Shown: in pieces, positions 8,900 through 17,751 of the stretch
Numbering within the stretch: the first letter of the stretch is position 1
Layout of the letters: each line of letters opens with the position of its first letter
Origin: a virus
Length of the DNA stretch: 64,000 nucleotides
Virus record (IMG/VR): IMGVR_UViG_3300034198_024209
Span: 24,650-88,649 of that record
Direction: 5' to 3' (one strand)
Position numbers and translations under genes: made by a program
The notes under the pieces: generated by a model
Told to the model about the DNA's origin: nothing
What the model saw: only the letters and a program-made list of their open reading frames with translations
The model's database searches: none

Positions 8900-10593
8900 A
8901 AAAAGACTGTTATTGGCTAAATAAAGACTCTAGAAAATTCCTTGAAAGAGGATATTTGTTAGAGGGCGAATCCCCAGAGGATCGTATAGATGATATATGT
9001 AAAGCAGCTTCGAAAATCCTAAACAGCTACAAAATTTTATTAAGTGATGATGTAGATAAAACATTGTTTCAAGATTTTGAGGAAAAATTTAGCGATTACC
9101 TTTGCAGAGGATTCTATTCATTGAGTTCGCCCATTTGGGCGAACTTTGGTAGAGATAGGGGGCTGCCCATAAGTTGTTTTGGTAGCTTTATTCCAGACAG
9201 CATGGAGGGGATAATGTATAAGCTTGCTGAGGTCGGCATGATGACAAAATATGGTGGTGGTACATCTGCTTTCTTTGGCGATCTGAGAGGTAGGGGGGAC
9301 TCTATCTCGTCTGGTGGCGAGTCTACTGGATCAGTGCATTTTATGGAGTTATACAATAAGCTGATGAATGTAGTCTCTCAAGGCAACGTTCGCCGAGGGT
9401 CATTTGCTGCGTATCTTACTATCGATCACAAAGATATTAATGAGTTTCTTCAAATTAGGGACGAGGGACATGAGATCCAGCAGATGTCTTTTGGAGTTTG
9501 TGTTAGCGACGGTTGGATGAAAGAAATGGTGGCAGGAGACAAAGAAAAAAGAAAGATATGGGGAAAGGTAATTCAAAAACGATTTGAAACTGGATACCCG
9601 TATATATTCTTTAAGGATAATGCTAATAATAATGCTCCATCTATCTACAAAGAAACTGATCGTCAAATTTATGCTAGTAACTTATGCTCTGAAATAATGC
9701 TATCAAGCTCAGTAAATGAATCATTTGTTTGTAATTTGTCATCATTAAACCTAGAGAAATGGGATGAGCTAGTCCAAACAGACGCAATTGAAATACTTGT
9801 GGTATTTCTTGATGCGGTCATGCAAGAATTTATAACAAAAACCACTGGAAATACATTCATGCAACACGCTCATCAATTTGCTGTTAATCAACGTGCATTA
9901 GGTATTGGTGTGTTGGGGTGGCACTCATACCTACAATTGAATATGACCTCTTTTGAGGGTATGGAAGCTAAATTAAAGAATGCCGAAATCTGGAAAACCA
10001 TCAGGACTAGATGTGATTCTGCTACAGAAAGATTAGCCAGAACCTTTGGAGTTGCCCCGATATACAGTGGCTCAAAGGAGGTTAGACGCAATACCACAAC
10101 ATTAGCTGTTGCCCCCACAACAAGCTCTAGTTTTATATTGGGTCAAGTATCTCCATCGATTGAGCCTCTTAGCAGTAATTATTTTGTGAAAGACCTTGCC
10201 AAAGGAAAATTCACATACAAGAATAATTATTTGAAGAAGTTGCTCAAATCAATGGGTCAAGATACTGACGAGACATGGTCTTCAATTCTGGTGAATGGTG
10301 GATCTGTTCAGCATCTTGATTTTTTATCACAACAAGAAAAAGATGTATTTAAAACCTTTGAGGAAATCTCACAACTTGAAATTGTGAATCAAGCAATTCA
10401 AAGACAAAAATACATTGATCAAGGTCAATCACTAAATTTGATGATACCATCAAACACAAAGCCGAAAGATGTAAATGAGTTATTGATTCATGGTTGGGAG
10501 AACGGTATAAAAGCGTTTTACTATCAAAGAAGCTCTAACCCTTCTCAAAAGTTGGCCAGATCTATTTTGTCTTGTAAATCCTGTGAGGCTTAA
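8896..10593 (+). CDS. nrdA: ribonucleotide reductase alpha subunit (short, no ATP-cone)
   Basis: ISCF, SNLCSEI, VCNLSS, APTTSSS, YY and C-terminal CKSCEA; ATG at 8896. Confidence 0.95.
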   Translation: MKKDCYWLNKDSRKFLERGYLLEGESPEDRIDDICKAASKILNSYKILLSDDVDKTLFQDFEEKFSDYLCRGFYSLSSPIWANFGRDRGLPISCFGSFIPDSMEGIMYKLAEVGMMTKYGGGTSAFFGDLRGRGDSISSGGESTGSVHFMELYNKLMNVVSQGNVRRGSFAAYLTIDHKDINEFLQIRDEGHEIQQMSFGVCVSDGWMKEMVAGDKEKRKIWGKVIQKRFETGYPYIFFKDNANNNAPSIYKETDRQIYASNLCSEIMLSSSVNESFVCNLSSLNLEKWDELVQTDAIEILVVFLDAVMQEFITKTTGNTFMQHAHQFAVNQRALGIGVLGWHSYLQLNMTSFEGMEAKLKNAEIWKTIRTRCDSATERLARTFGVAPIYSGSKEVRRNTTTLAVAPTTSSSFILGQVSPSIEPLSSNYFVKDLAKGKFTYKNNYLKKLLKSMGQDTDETWSSILVNGGSVQHLDFLSQQEKDVFKTFEEISQLEIVNQAIQRQKYIDQGQSLNLMIPSNTKPKDVNELLIHGWENGIKAFYYQRSSNPSQKLARSILSCKSCEA

Positions 10594-10612
10594 AACACAT
10601 ATTTCACAAACT

Positions 10613-10909
10613 ATGAAAGCTATATTAGAGTTCGATTTGCCAGAAGATTCAAATGACCATGAATGTGCCGTAAAGGGCATTGAAATGAGAATCCTAATCA
10701 GTGACCTTTTAAATGAAATCCGCAGTAAACTAAAATACGACGGGGGTGAGTTTGCTGGTCAATGGTGTGTTGAAGAATATAAAGAAAGTGAATCTGGAGA
10801 GTATATTTCTGAAAAGGTTGATAAAACTGCTTGTGATCATACCCTTGAAAAAGTGAGAGATTGGTTAATAAAAGAAATGACTGAAAGAAACATTCCTGAG
10901 TTAATATAA
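10613..10909 (+). CDS. hypothetical phage protein
   Basis: MKAILEFDLPED start; ORF in the operon. Confidence 0.65.
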   Translation: MKAILEFDLPEDSNDHECAVKGIEMRILISDLLNEIRSKLKYDGGEFAGQWCVEEYKESESGEYISEKVDKTACDHTLEKVRDWLIKEMTERNIPELI

Positions 10910-11092
10910 GTATGCTGGCTTATATACAAAAAAAAATACCGTTTAAGGTATCACTTATACAAAATAAAAATAAAAGTTGGCATAAACCTGTATGCGTAAG
11001 ATCTAGAATGCTTATGGATGGAAGGCTAAAGCCACAAGAGTTTCATTGGATGATATTCTCAATCCACCTGAAATATATTAAATAAAATATTT

Positions 11093-11239
11093 ATGAGATT
11101 TGTAAATAAAGCTAAATATTATTTTAGGAGATTTCTTATGAGATTTCTTAATCTTTGTCCGTATTGCCTGTCAAAAGTAAACGAGACAAGAAATAGAACA
11201 TATATTTGTCCTATTTGTAATCATAGATCTAACTTATAG
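11093..11239 (+). CDS. small zinc-ribbon protein (48 aa)
   Basis: MRFVNK...LCPYCLSK...YICPICNHRSNL; two CxxC pairs; below the ORF-track cutoff. Confidence 0.55.
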   Translation: MRFVNKAKYYFRRFLMRFLNLCPYCLSKVNETRNRTYICPICNHRSNL

Positions 11240-11252
11240 AAGTAAGTTTATT

Positions 11253-11290
11253 AAGTGGGGCAACAACTCGTTGCCCCACTTGGGGCAATG
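11253..11290. repeat. perfect inverted repeat with a third overlapping copy
   Basis: AAGTGGGGCAAC-AACTC-GTTGCCCCACTT followed by GGGGCAA. Confidence 0.8.
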
Positions 11291-11402
11291 AGAGCATAAT
11301 AACTTATTGCAATCCATTTTTTGTTATAAAAATGCATACATATTTGTAACAAAAAAAGTATCAAAATCCTGCAATCAAAATCTACCACCACACACCAAAC
11401 AC

Positions 11403-12362
11403 ATGCAACTTGAGCTAGATCAACAACCTAAAGTTAAACTCGTTTCAGTAACACAACCGCTAGTTAAAAATATTGGGACAGCCGAAGAGTTGATAGTTTA
11501 TTGCGCTAGAGTATCAAATCCAGATAATCAATTAAATAAAGAAACCTCCGCAAAACTCCTAAATTATTGTATAGATCATGGGCATTGGTCTCCTTTTGAA
11601 ATGGCTTCAATGACTGTAGAGATAACAACCTCTAGAGCCATAGCCGCTCAAATACTTAGACATAGAAGTTTTAGTTTTCAAGAGTTCTCACAAAGGTATT
11701 CCAGTGTATCCGGTGCACAAGAATTGACATGGAGAGCTCAGGGAAAAACCAATAGACAGGTTGGAGAGGAAGAAATTGAATTGTCTGAAAAACTTAAAGA
11801 AAAAATTTATCTATCTCAACGTCTTTCGCTTGATGTATATAACAGCTTACTAGAGGAAGGTGTGGCAAGGGAGTGTGCAAGGATGATCCTTCCGCTCAAT
11901 ACCTCCACTACTCTATATATGACAGGCACAGTAAGGTCTTGGATCCACTATCTTGACCTTAGGCTTGATGCATCTACTCAAATGGAGCATCAAATTATAG
12001 CACAAAAAATAAAAGATATTTTTATTGGTGAGTTCCCAGTAGTATCAGATGCACTTGGTTTTCAATGTATAGATTGCTCTAATGTAAATTTAAGCGAATT
12101 ACATGAACAAATAATCAGCAATTTTTATGTTGCAGATCAAATGTGGAGTACCAATTGCATAAACTTTAATGTAAGTGAAATTAAAAGACTTAGCCTTGGC
12201 GAATATTACTTTGAAGTCAGGGGCGAACCAGTAAATGGGTTAGATGACCTTGGTTCGACCATAGTTGGAGTAATGAAGATTATTGACGGTGAATATATCG
12301 TAGACTACTGCGAAGTTAATAAAATAGGAGAACACAAAAAATTAGCTTATGAAAATTATTAA
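11403..12362 (+). CDS. thyX: FAD-dependent thymidylate synthase with C-terminal extension
   Basis: GHWSPFE, RHRSFSFQEFSQRY, ECARMILP and TQMEH; ATG at 11403. Confidence 0.95.
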   Translation: MQLELDQQPKVKLVSVTQPLVKNIGTAEELIVYCARVSNPDNQLNKETSAKLLNYCIDHGHWSPFEMASMTVEITTSRAIAAQILRHRSFSFQEFSQRYSSVSGAQELTWRAQGKTNRQVGEEEIELSEKLKEKIYLSQRLSLDVYNSLLEEGVARECARMILPLNTSTTLYMTGTVRSWIHYLDLRLDASTQMEHQIIAQKIKDIFIGEFPVVSDALGFQCIDCSNVNLSELHEQIISNFYVADQMWSTNCINFNVSEIKRLSLGEYYFEVRGEPVNGLDDLGSTIVGVMKIIDGEYIVDYCEVNKIGEHKKLAYENY

Positions 12363-12705
12363 AAAACAATATCAGCCAGAAGAGAATGAATATATAAATG
12401 ATTTTACTGGTGTATCATTTTCGGAATTTGACCCAGGCTGTACTTTAAAAATCAGTTTTGGTTATGGATCAGAGTTTGATGGAGCCAAAATTCAATTGGA
12501 CTTAACAGATGAAGATGTTAAACCGATTCTTGAAATGATTAGAGGTAAATTATGCCATCAAACTAAAGGTTACTTAGAACAAAAATTGAGTGAAACGGAA
12601 GACAATTATGATGCAGCAATGCAAACCAGAGACTGGGGTGCATGTGATTTAGTAGGTAATTGTATGTCTCTGTATAGATTCTTGTTGGATAAAAAATACG
12701 AATAA
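12349..12705 (+). CDS. hypothetical protein
   Basis: ORF overlapping both neighbours. Confidence 0.65.
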   Translation: MKIIKKQYQPEENEYINDFTGVSFSEFDPGCTLKISFGYGSEFDGAKIQLDLTDEDVKPILEMIRGKLCHQTKGYLEQKLSETEDNYDAAMQTRDWGACDLVGNCMSLYRFLLDKKYE

Positions 12706-13247
12706 TGAATATATTTGTAATTGACTTAGACCCACGAATTGCTGCAAGGCACTTAGTGGATAAGCATATATCAAAGATGATCACTGAAACAGCACAAATA
12801 CTGTCTAATTGTTTTACATTAGGCAGGATGGCTATGAGTGACTGCCCAAGAAATCAGAAAGGTGAAGCTAGAAAACATTCATATCCACATCATCCATGCT
12901 GCAAATGGGCTCCACAATCCAGAGACAACATGAGATGGTTGGTAGAACATGCAAGAGAGATGGACATAGAAAGAATTCAGCGATTTGGCAAAGTAGATGC
13001 ACACTTTTCTGTTCGCTTTATCAATTGGGCTTTTGACAACCTATCAAGCTCAATAGCCCCTGAGAGTGGGCTAACCCAGTTCGCGCAGGCGATGCCTGAT
13101 GAGTATAAAAGTGATAATGCGGTAGACGCATATAGATCTTATTATTCTCTCGGAAAGGCACATCTGCATAAATGGACAAGAAATAAACCAAATTGGATAG
13201 AAGAAATAATAAATGGACACAAAATTAGAGAAGGAATTATCGGATAA
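12705..13247 (+). CDS. pyrimidine-dimer DNA glycosylase / endonuclease V-like protein
   Basis: MNIF..D.DP..AA....DKH..KM..E.AQ.L, HPCCKW and AQAMPDEYK...V.AYR.YY. Confidence 0.75.
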   Translation: MNIFVIDLDPRIAARHLVDKHISKMITETAQILSNCFTLGRMAMSDCPRNQKGEARKHSYPHHPCCKWAPQSRDNMRWLVEHAREMDIERIQRFGKVDAHFSVRFINWAFDNLSSSIAPESGLTQFAQAMPDEYKSDNAVDAYRSYYSLGKAHLHKWTRNKPNWIEEIINGHKIREGIIG

Positions 13248-13692
13248 ATATCCCAAAATACTTAGATACATGGACGGAGACCCAATGATTACTTGCATGG
13301 CCTTTGGAATAGAATGCAACAATGGATGGTATTCATTGATAGATAGATGTATGGGAAAACTTCAGTATTTCTGCGACACATGCACTAAGATGGGAAACCC
13401 AATTCAGGTAGTTGCTGACCAGATCAAAGAGAAATATGGAACACTTCGTTTCTATTTTAGTGTTGATGGAGAAGAGAATGACTATCAGATTCAATATTCA
13501 ATTATTGAAGATATAATAAATGGCGCTGAAGCTGAGGCTGCACATACATGCGAAATAACCGGAGAAAACGGGTCCTTATGCAAAAAGGGTGCATGGTATA
13601 AAACACTGTGCAGGCAAAGCGCAAAGCAGCATGGATACGTAGCCTCAGACATACAGCTACAAAAATATTGGGACTCACTAGAAAAAATATAA
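13213..13692 (+). CDS. conserved hypothetical phage protein
   Basis: ECNNGW, QIKEKYGTLRFY and TCEITG pattern. Confidence 0.7.
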   Translation: MDTKLEKELSDKYPKILRYMDGDPMITCMAFGIECNNGWYSLIDRCMGKLQYFCDTCTKMGNPIQVVADQIKEKYGTLRFYFSVDGEENDYQIQYSIIEDIINGAEAEAAHTCEITGENGSLCKKGAWYKTLCRQSAKQHGYVASDIQLQKYWDSLEKI

Positions 13693-13694
13693 CA

Positions 13695-14003
13695 ATGAGT
13701 GACGAAGATATTGACGAATATGCGTTTTATAAGAGTGGATTATCATCTCATGGATGTCTTGAAAATTTAGATAAATATGCAAGAGATGCAATTACTGAAT
13801 ATGGCAAAATTATTCGTAGAATGCAGCTAGAAAAAATAAAGAACGGTTTTCAGGGGTGTTGTTATGCATGTGAAGTGGTTGGGATCACCAATCAAAAGCT
13901 AGAATCCAAGATATCTAAAATGGAGGAATCTATAAATAAACTTGGCGAAACAATAGAAATAATGGACAACTTAATAAAGTCATACAAAAAAGATGGAAAT
14001 TAA
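13695..14003 (+). CDS. hypothetical protein
   Basis: ATG 13695 follows the previous stop codon. Confidence 0.6.
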   Translation: MSDEDIDEYAFYKSGLSSHGCLENLDKYARDAITEYGKIIRRMQLEKIKNGFQGCCYACEVVGITNQKLESKISKMEESINKLGETIEIMDNLIKSYKKDGN

Positions 14004-14244
14004 ATTATTAAGAAATCAGACAAGCAACATACATACATTTGCTGTTAGATATGAAGACAGCAAAGAGTATTTAGTTAATATAGTTAAGCAAGGTGACATA
14101 AAAACAGTTGAGTCTGTTTCTCACCGTGGAGTAGAGCTTAATCAAACCAATGAGCAGGAAAACGCTATTAAAAGTAGTATTCTTGAGGCAGTTGAATTAG
14201 AGATTTTAAAAAATAAAACCCAATCAACTCTAACTACTACCTAA
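13993..14244 (+). CDS. hypothetical protein
   Basis: Overlapping ORF in the operon. Confidence 0.55.
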   Translation: MEIKLLRNQTSNIHTFAVRYEDSKEYLVNIVKQGDIKTVESVSHRGVELNQTNEQENAIKSSILEAVELEILKNKTQSTLTTT

Positions 14245-14252
14245 CAAACAAA

Positions 14253-14447
14253 ATGATCATCACAAGAAAATCTCCAATAAGTAAATTAGAGCATTCAATG
14301 GATCTGGACATAACAGAGGAACAGATCCAAAAGTGGCAGCAAGGTGAATTGATTCAAAATGCCTTTCCTAATTTAAGTGCAAGCGAAAGAGAATTCATTA
14401 AAACTGGAATTACTGACGAAGAGTGGGACTTAGCGTTTAAGGAGTAG
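14253..14447 (+). CDS. small conserved phage protein
   Basis: LIQNAFPNLSASEREFIKTGIT..EW pattern. Confidence 0.7.
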   Translation: MIITRKSPISKLEHSMDLDITEEQIQKWQQGELIQNAFPNLSASEREFIKTGITDEEWDLAFKE

Positions 14448-14510
14448 CGTGTCTTATTTTATAAAAAAAAAGATTGATTTTATCGTTTAAACATATACTT
14501 AAGTCCCTCT

Positions 14511-14897
14511 ATGAACAAAATCAAATACAGAGCATGGAACGAAGAAAATAATAGTTATAAGACTAATGTTTTTCTATCCGCTGACGGCTTAAATTTACTC
14601 TATTTTGAGGATTCTAAAATACTTGCTTTGCCATTACTAAATAGCAAGTTTACTATCGAACAGTATTCGATGTTTGATGACAAAAACGGTAAAGGGATCT
14701 TCGAGAATGATATAGTTAAAGTAAAATACCATTACGCTGATGGCACGGATGACATTGAAGAGGTTATCAAAGTGGTTGTCTTAAACAATGGATCATTCTG
14801 CTTTGGAGATGGCACCATATTTGAATATAAACAGAAACCCTTTAGTGTCATTGAAGTCATAGGAAACATTCACCAAAATCAAGAATTACTTAATTGA
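14511..14897 (+). CDS. YopX family protein
   Basis: IKYRAW, Q....DKNGK.IFENDIV and EVIGNIHQN.ELL. Confidence 0.85.
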   Translation: MNKIKYRAWNEENNSYKTNVFLSADGLNLLYFEDSKILALPLLNSKFTIEQYSMFDDKNGKGIFENDIVKVKYHYADGTDDIEEVIKVVVLNNGSFCFGDGTIFEYKQKPFSVIEVIGNIHQNQELLN

Positions 14898-14988
14898 TGC
14901 AATATCTGATTAATTCGATCCTAGCTGTAACATTTTTTAGCTTAGCTATTGCTATAGTGCTTGCAGCCTATATAACCACTAAGAAAAA

Positions 14989-15324
14989 ATGAACAATATA
15001 CAATATACATTCAATTCATATCAAGAGGACGCAGCAAAAACTGCTATATACAAGAACAAGTTAATTTATCCTGTTCTTGGATTAGTTGGGGAAGCTGGAG
15101 AGGTAGCAAACAAAGTAAAGAAGATACTCAGAGACAAAGACGGAAAATTAGACATTGATGATAAAGACAGTATTTCAAAAGAGCTAGGAGATGTACTGTG
15201 GTATTTAGCTGCTTGTGCAACCGACCTCGGGATAGATATGAACGATCTTGCGATAAAAAACCTAGAAAAACTAAATTCTAGAGCAGAACGAAACACGATC
15301 TCCGGTAGCGGAGACAACAGATAA
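14989..15324 (+). CDS. MazG-like nucleotide pyrophosphohydrolase
   Basis: LGLVGEAGEVANKVKK, KELGDVLWY and N..KL..R...I.GSGDNR. Confidence 0.9.
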   Translation: MNNIQYTFNSYQEDAAKTAIYKNKLIYPVLGLVGEAGEVANKVKKILRDKDGKLDIDDKDSISKELGDVLWYLAACATDLGIDMNDLAIKNLEKLNSRAERNTISGSGDNR

Positions 15325-15325
15325 A

Positions 15326-15622
15326 ATGCAAAAAGACAAAATTACAATTAAAGACTTACGGCAAAATGGATTTAAAGTAAGGGTTCTTCATACTGACCCA
15401 TACACGATTCCACATACTTTTGATGTGAATGAAAAAGCTTTAGATCTTTCTAAAATTGGAACATGCATAGCGATCAGAGATCCAGAAGGGGTAGAACACA
15501 GGGGAGTAGCCTTGTGTAGCAAGGCTGACAACTGGAACAGAAAACTTGGGAACAAGATAGCTCTAGGTAGGGCCTTAAAAACCGTATCAGATGATTGGTT
15601 GAACAAAATTACTGCAAAGTAG
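15326..15622 (+). CDS. conserved hypothetical phage protein
   Basis: A.CS..D.WN.K.G..IAL.RA motif. Confidence 0.65.
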   Translation: MQKDKITIKDLRQNGFKVRVLHTDPYTIPHTFDVNEKALDLSKIGTCIAIRDPEGVEHRGVALCSKADNWNRKLGNKIALGRALKTVSDDWLNKITAK

Positions 15623-15667
15623 TAAAATTAATTGAATTAAAACAATTAGTGCACAAACAATAAAAAA

Positions 15668-15955
15668 ATGACAAACAACAACAAAGAAACGATAGAACTT
15701 AAAAAACAAATAGTTGAATTAACTAGCGAGAATAATCTTTTGCGCGAACTCAATTCAGTTGCTTCTGCTTTTTTAATCGCCGTAAACGTTTATGATGCTG
15801 CTGTATCAGATATGATATCCATAAAAAACAAAATAAACAAATTCTATGCAGATGTGGATAACTCAGAAATTCGTACACAATCTTCTAAGATAACTAAGGC
15901 TAAAAAAGAGGCCGCAAAAAAGAAATCGGCTGTGGTAGCTAAAAAAAGCAAATAG
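15668..15955 (+). CDS. hypothetical protein with basic tail
   Basis: ORF with a Lys/Ala-rich C-terminus. Confidence 0.6.
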   Translation: MTNNNKETIELKKQIVELTSENNLLRELNSVASAFLIAVNVYDAAVSDMISIKNKINKFYADVDNSEIRTQSSKITKAKKEAAKKKSAVVAKKSK

Positions 15956-15972
15956 CTAAATAAGGAACACAA

Positions 15973-16386
15973 ATGAGCGAAGAAAACGACACACAACAAG
16001 AGGTAGAAAATCCAGTAGAGGAACCTCAAGTCAAATATGATGTAAATATTAAAAGTAATACACAAAAAACTGTATTTATTAATGTTTTTGAATTGGAAAT
16101 GAAACCCAGGATAGATGGGGCTGAGCCACTGTATCTAATTTATACTAGATACCATAATGAGAGCAGTGCAGTTCCTGGAATTCCAGAGGCATTGCCAACT
16201 TCGTTTAGTATCGCAGATTCTAATGGGAATTCTGTTACTTATACCCCTGAAACTAACTATGACTTGCTTTATGCCATTGAAACTTCCATTAATAAGTATG
16301 TAGAAACGAATAATGAGAAACTAAAGCAAGGGGCACTTGAACTAGCAAAAGTCGAAGATAGCGCAAAAGATGAAAACGAAAACTAA
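15973..16386 (+). CDS. hypothetical acidic protein
   Basis: ORF in the operon. Confidence 0.6.
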   Translation: MSEENDTQQEVENPVEEPQVKYDVNIKSNTQKTVFINVFELEMKPRIDGAEPLYLIYTRYHNESSAVPGIPEALPTSFSIADSNGNSVTYTPETNYDLLYAIETSINKYVETNNEKLKQGALELAKVEDSAKDENEN

Positions 16387-16987
16387 AGAAGTTGCAGAGT
16401 CTACCGCAATTATTGACAAAATTGATGACATTGATGACATTAAAGTGTGCGATAACGAGTACAGCTTTATTGATCCGCTGTTTCAGAGATACATAACAAG
16501 AATCAGAAAGTACAAGCCACAACTTAATTCATATCTGTCTATGTCAGATATTGGTTTGATTAAGCTTGCTGCTGGGTTAAGTTCTAACTCCGCAGCTCTT
16601 CTAAACCAGTTTTGGATTGCAGAATACATAGACGAAGAGAGTCTAACTGCAGAGAGTATAGTCTCTGGAGTAACAAAGATTGTTCACGATATCCATAAAA
16701 TATTTGAAGTTTTAGAGATAGAGTCACTAGTTAAATGTGGAGATATTCCACCTACTATATCCCTTGATTTTGAGTATGATGAAGTAAAGTATCTTGTTGA
16801 ATTGATGGGGGCTGCCTCATTGATGACTGTAATAACTGGAGGTATCCTATCTCAGATATGTGACGATTCAATCGAGGTTGACTGTGCTGAAATCGTTAAA
16901 GACTGTTCCATGTGTTTAGCAATTTGTTCTACGATGCTTGACTATTGTGGAATTTGCTTTAAAGACCTTATAAGCACCAAGGTTTAA
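16370..16987 (+). CDS. hypothetical protein
   Basis: ORF overlapping the previous gene. Confidence 0.6.
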   Translation: MKTKTKEVAESTAIIDKIDDIDDIKVCDNEYSFIDPLFQRYITRIRKYKPQLNSYLSMSDIGLIKLAAGLSSNSAALLNQFWIAEYIDEESLTAESIVSGVTKIVHDIHKIFEVLEIESLVKCGDIPPTISLDFEYDEVKYLVELMGAASLMTVITGGILSQICDDSIEVDCAEIVKDCSMCLAICSTMLDYCGICFKDLISTKV

Positions 16988-17001
16988 TAAGCAGCTTAAA
17001 T

Positions 17002-17035
17002 TATGGCCGCGAGATCACAACCCCTCGCGGTCATA
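17002..17035. terminator. GC-rich hairpin upstream of tRNA-Arg (terminator or processing signal)
   Basis: TATGGCCGCGAG-N10-CTCGCGGTCATA; no U-tract. Confidence 0.45.
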
Positions 17036-17050
17036 GTCTATATAATATAT

Positions 17051-17124
17051 GTGCCCATAGCTTAATTGGATAGAGCAACGCTCTTCTAAAGCGTAGGTTG
17101 CTGGTTCGATCCCAGCTGGGCACG
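17051..17124 (+). tRNA. tRNA-Arg (TCT)
   Basis: Acceptor GTGCCCA/TGGGCAC, anticodon arm ACGCT-CTTCTAA-AGCGT, T arm GCTGG-TTCGATC-CCAGC. Confidence 0.95.
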
Positions 17125-17167
17125 ATTTTCTATTTACATTTTTAATTATACCATATTTAATAAAGTT

Positions 17168-17371
17168 ATGAGTACACAGATCCAAGCTCCTCCTATTTCG
17201 CCTATGTCAAAGACAGAGAACGTTGACAAAATAATGAAAGAGGTAAATTCTAAGATAAATTCTTTAAGTCTTAGTGGCGATCTTGATGGTATACTAAAAA
17301 AAGTTATACCGAAGATAGCTGGAGATGAGTCATTAAGAAAGCAGCTTGAAAAGTTCATCAATAAAAAATAG
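17168..17371 (+). CDS. hypothetical protein
   Basis: Short ORF after the tRNA. Confidence 0.55.
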   Translation: MSTQIQAPPISPMSKTENVDKIMKEVNSKINSLSLSGDLDGILKKVIPKIAGDESLRKQLEKFINKK

Positions 17372-17439
17372 CTTTTTTTTAGCTACTAGGTAAAATATAA
17401 TTTAAATCTGCAGATTAGATAACTTGTTACACCTGGAAT

Positions 17440-17751
17440 ATGATTAAAAACAGTTTTTACTTATTTTTTTTATTTGTTTTTAGTTTTAGTGCTATTGCTC
17501 AATCTATTGAAAGTAATGGAACAAAATATATATTAGATGGTAATGATTCTTTTTCATATCCATTTTTTACTTCATCTAATACCCTGTATTTATATAATGC
17601 ATTGAATATGTCTCAATACCTAAAATTTATATCTGCGCCGTCAACTCCAACAAGCCCTGGCTTGACCGGACAAATGGCCTATGAAGATAATTTTTTATAT
17701 ATATGTGTAGGTGCAAACTCATGGAGAAGAGTTAGAATGGGAACCTGGTAA
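17440..17751 (+). CDS. small structural/fibre-associated protein
   Basis: C-terminal P.TPTSPG..GQMAY..NFLYICV..NSW.RV...TW, a fibre-associated motif; hydrophobic N-terminus. Confidence 0.6.
   Translation: MIKNSFYLFFLFVFSFSAIAQSIESNGTKYILDGNDSFSYPFFTSSNTLYLYNALNMSQYLKFISAPSTPTSPGLTGQMAYEDNFLYICVGANSWRRVRMGTW

Noticed and set aside
10912-11085. 57-aa ORF MLAYIQKKIP...
   Set aside because: No recognisable motif; cannot be distinguished from a chance ORF.
7612-12362. Introns or inteins in nrdA, nrdB or thyX
   Set aside because: Motif spacing is compact and continuous, with no intein-end or homing-endonuclease motifs.
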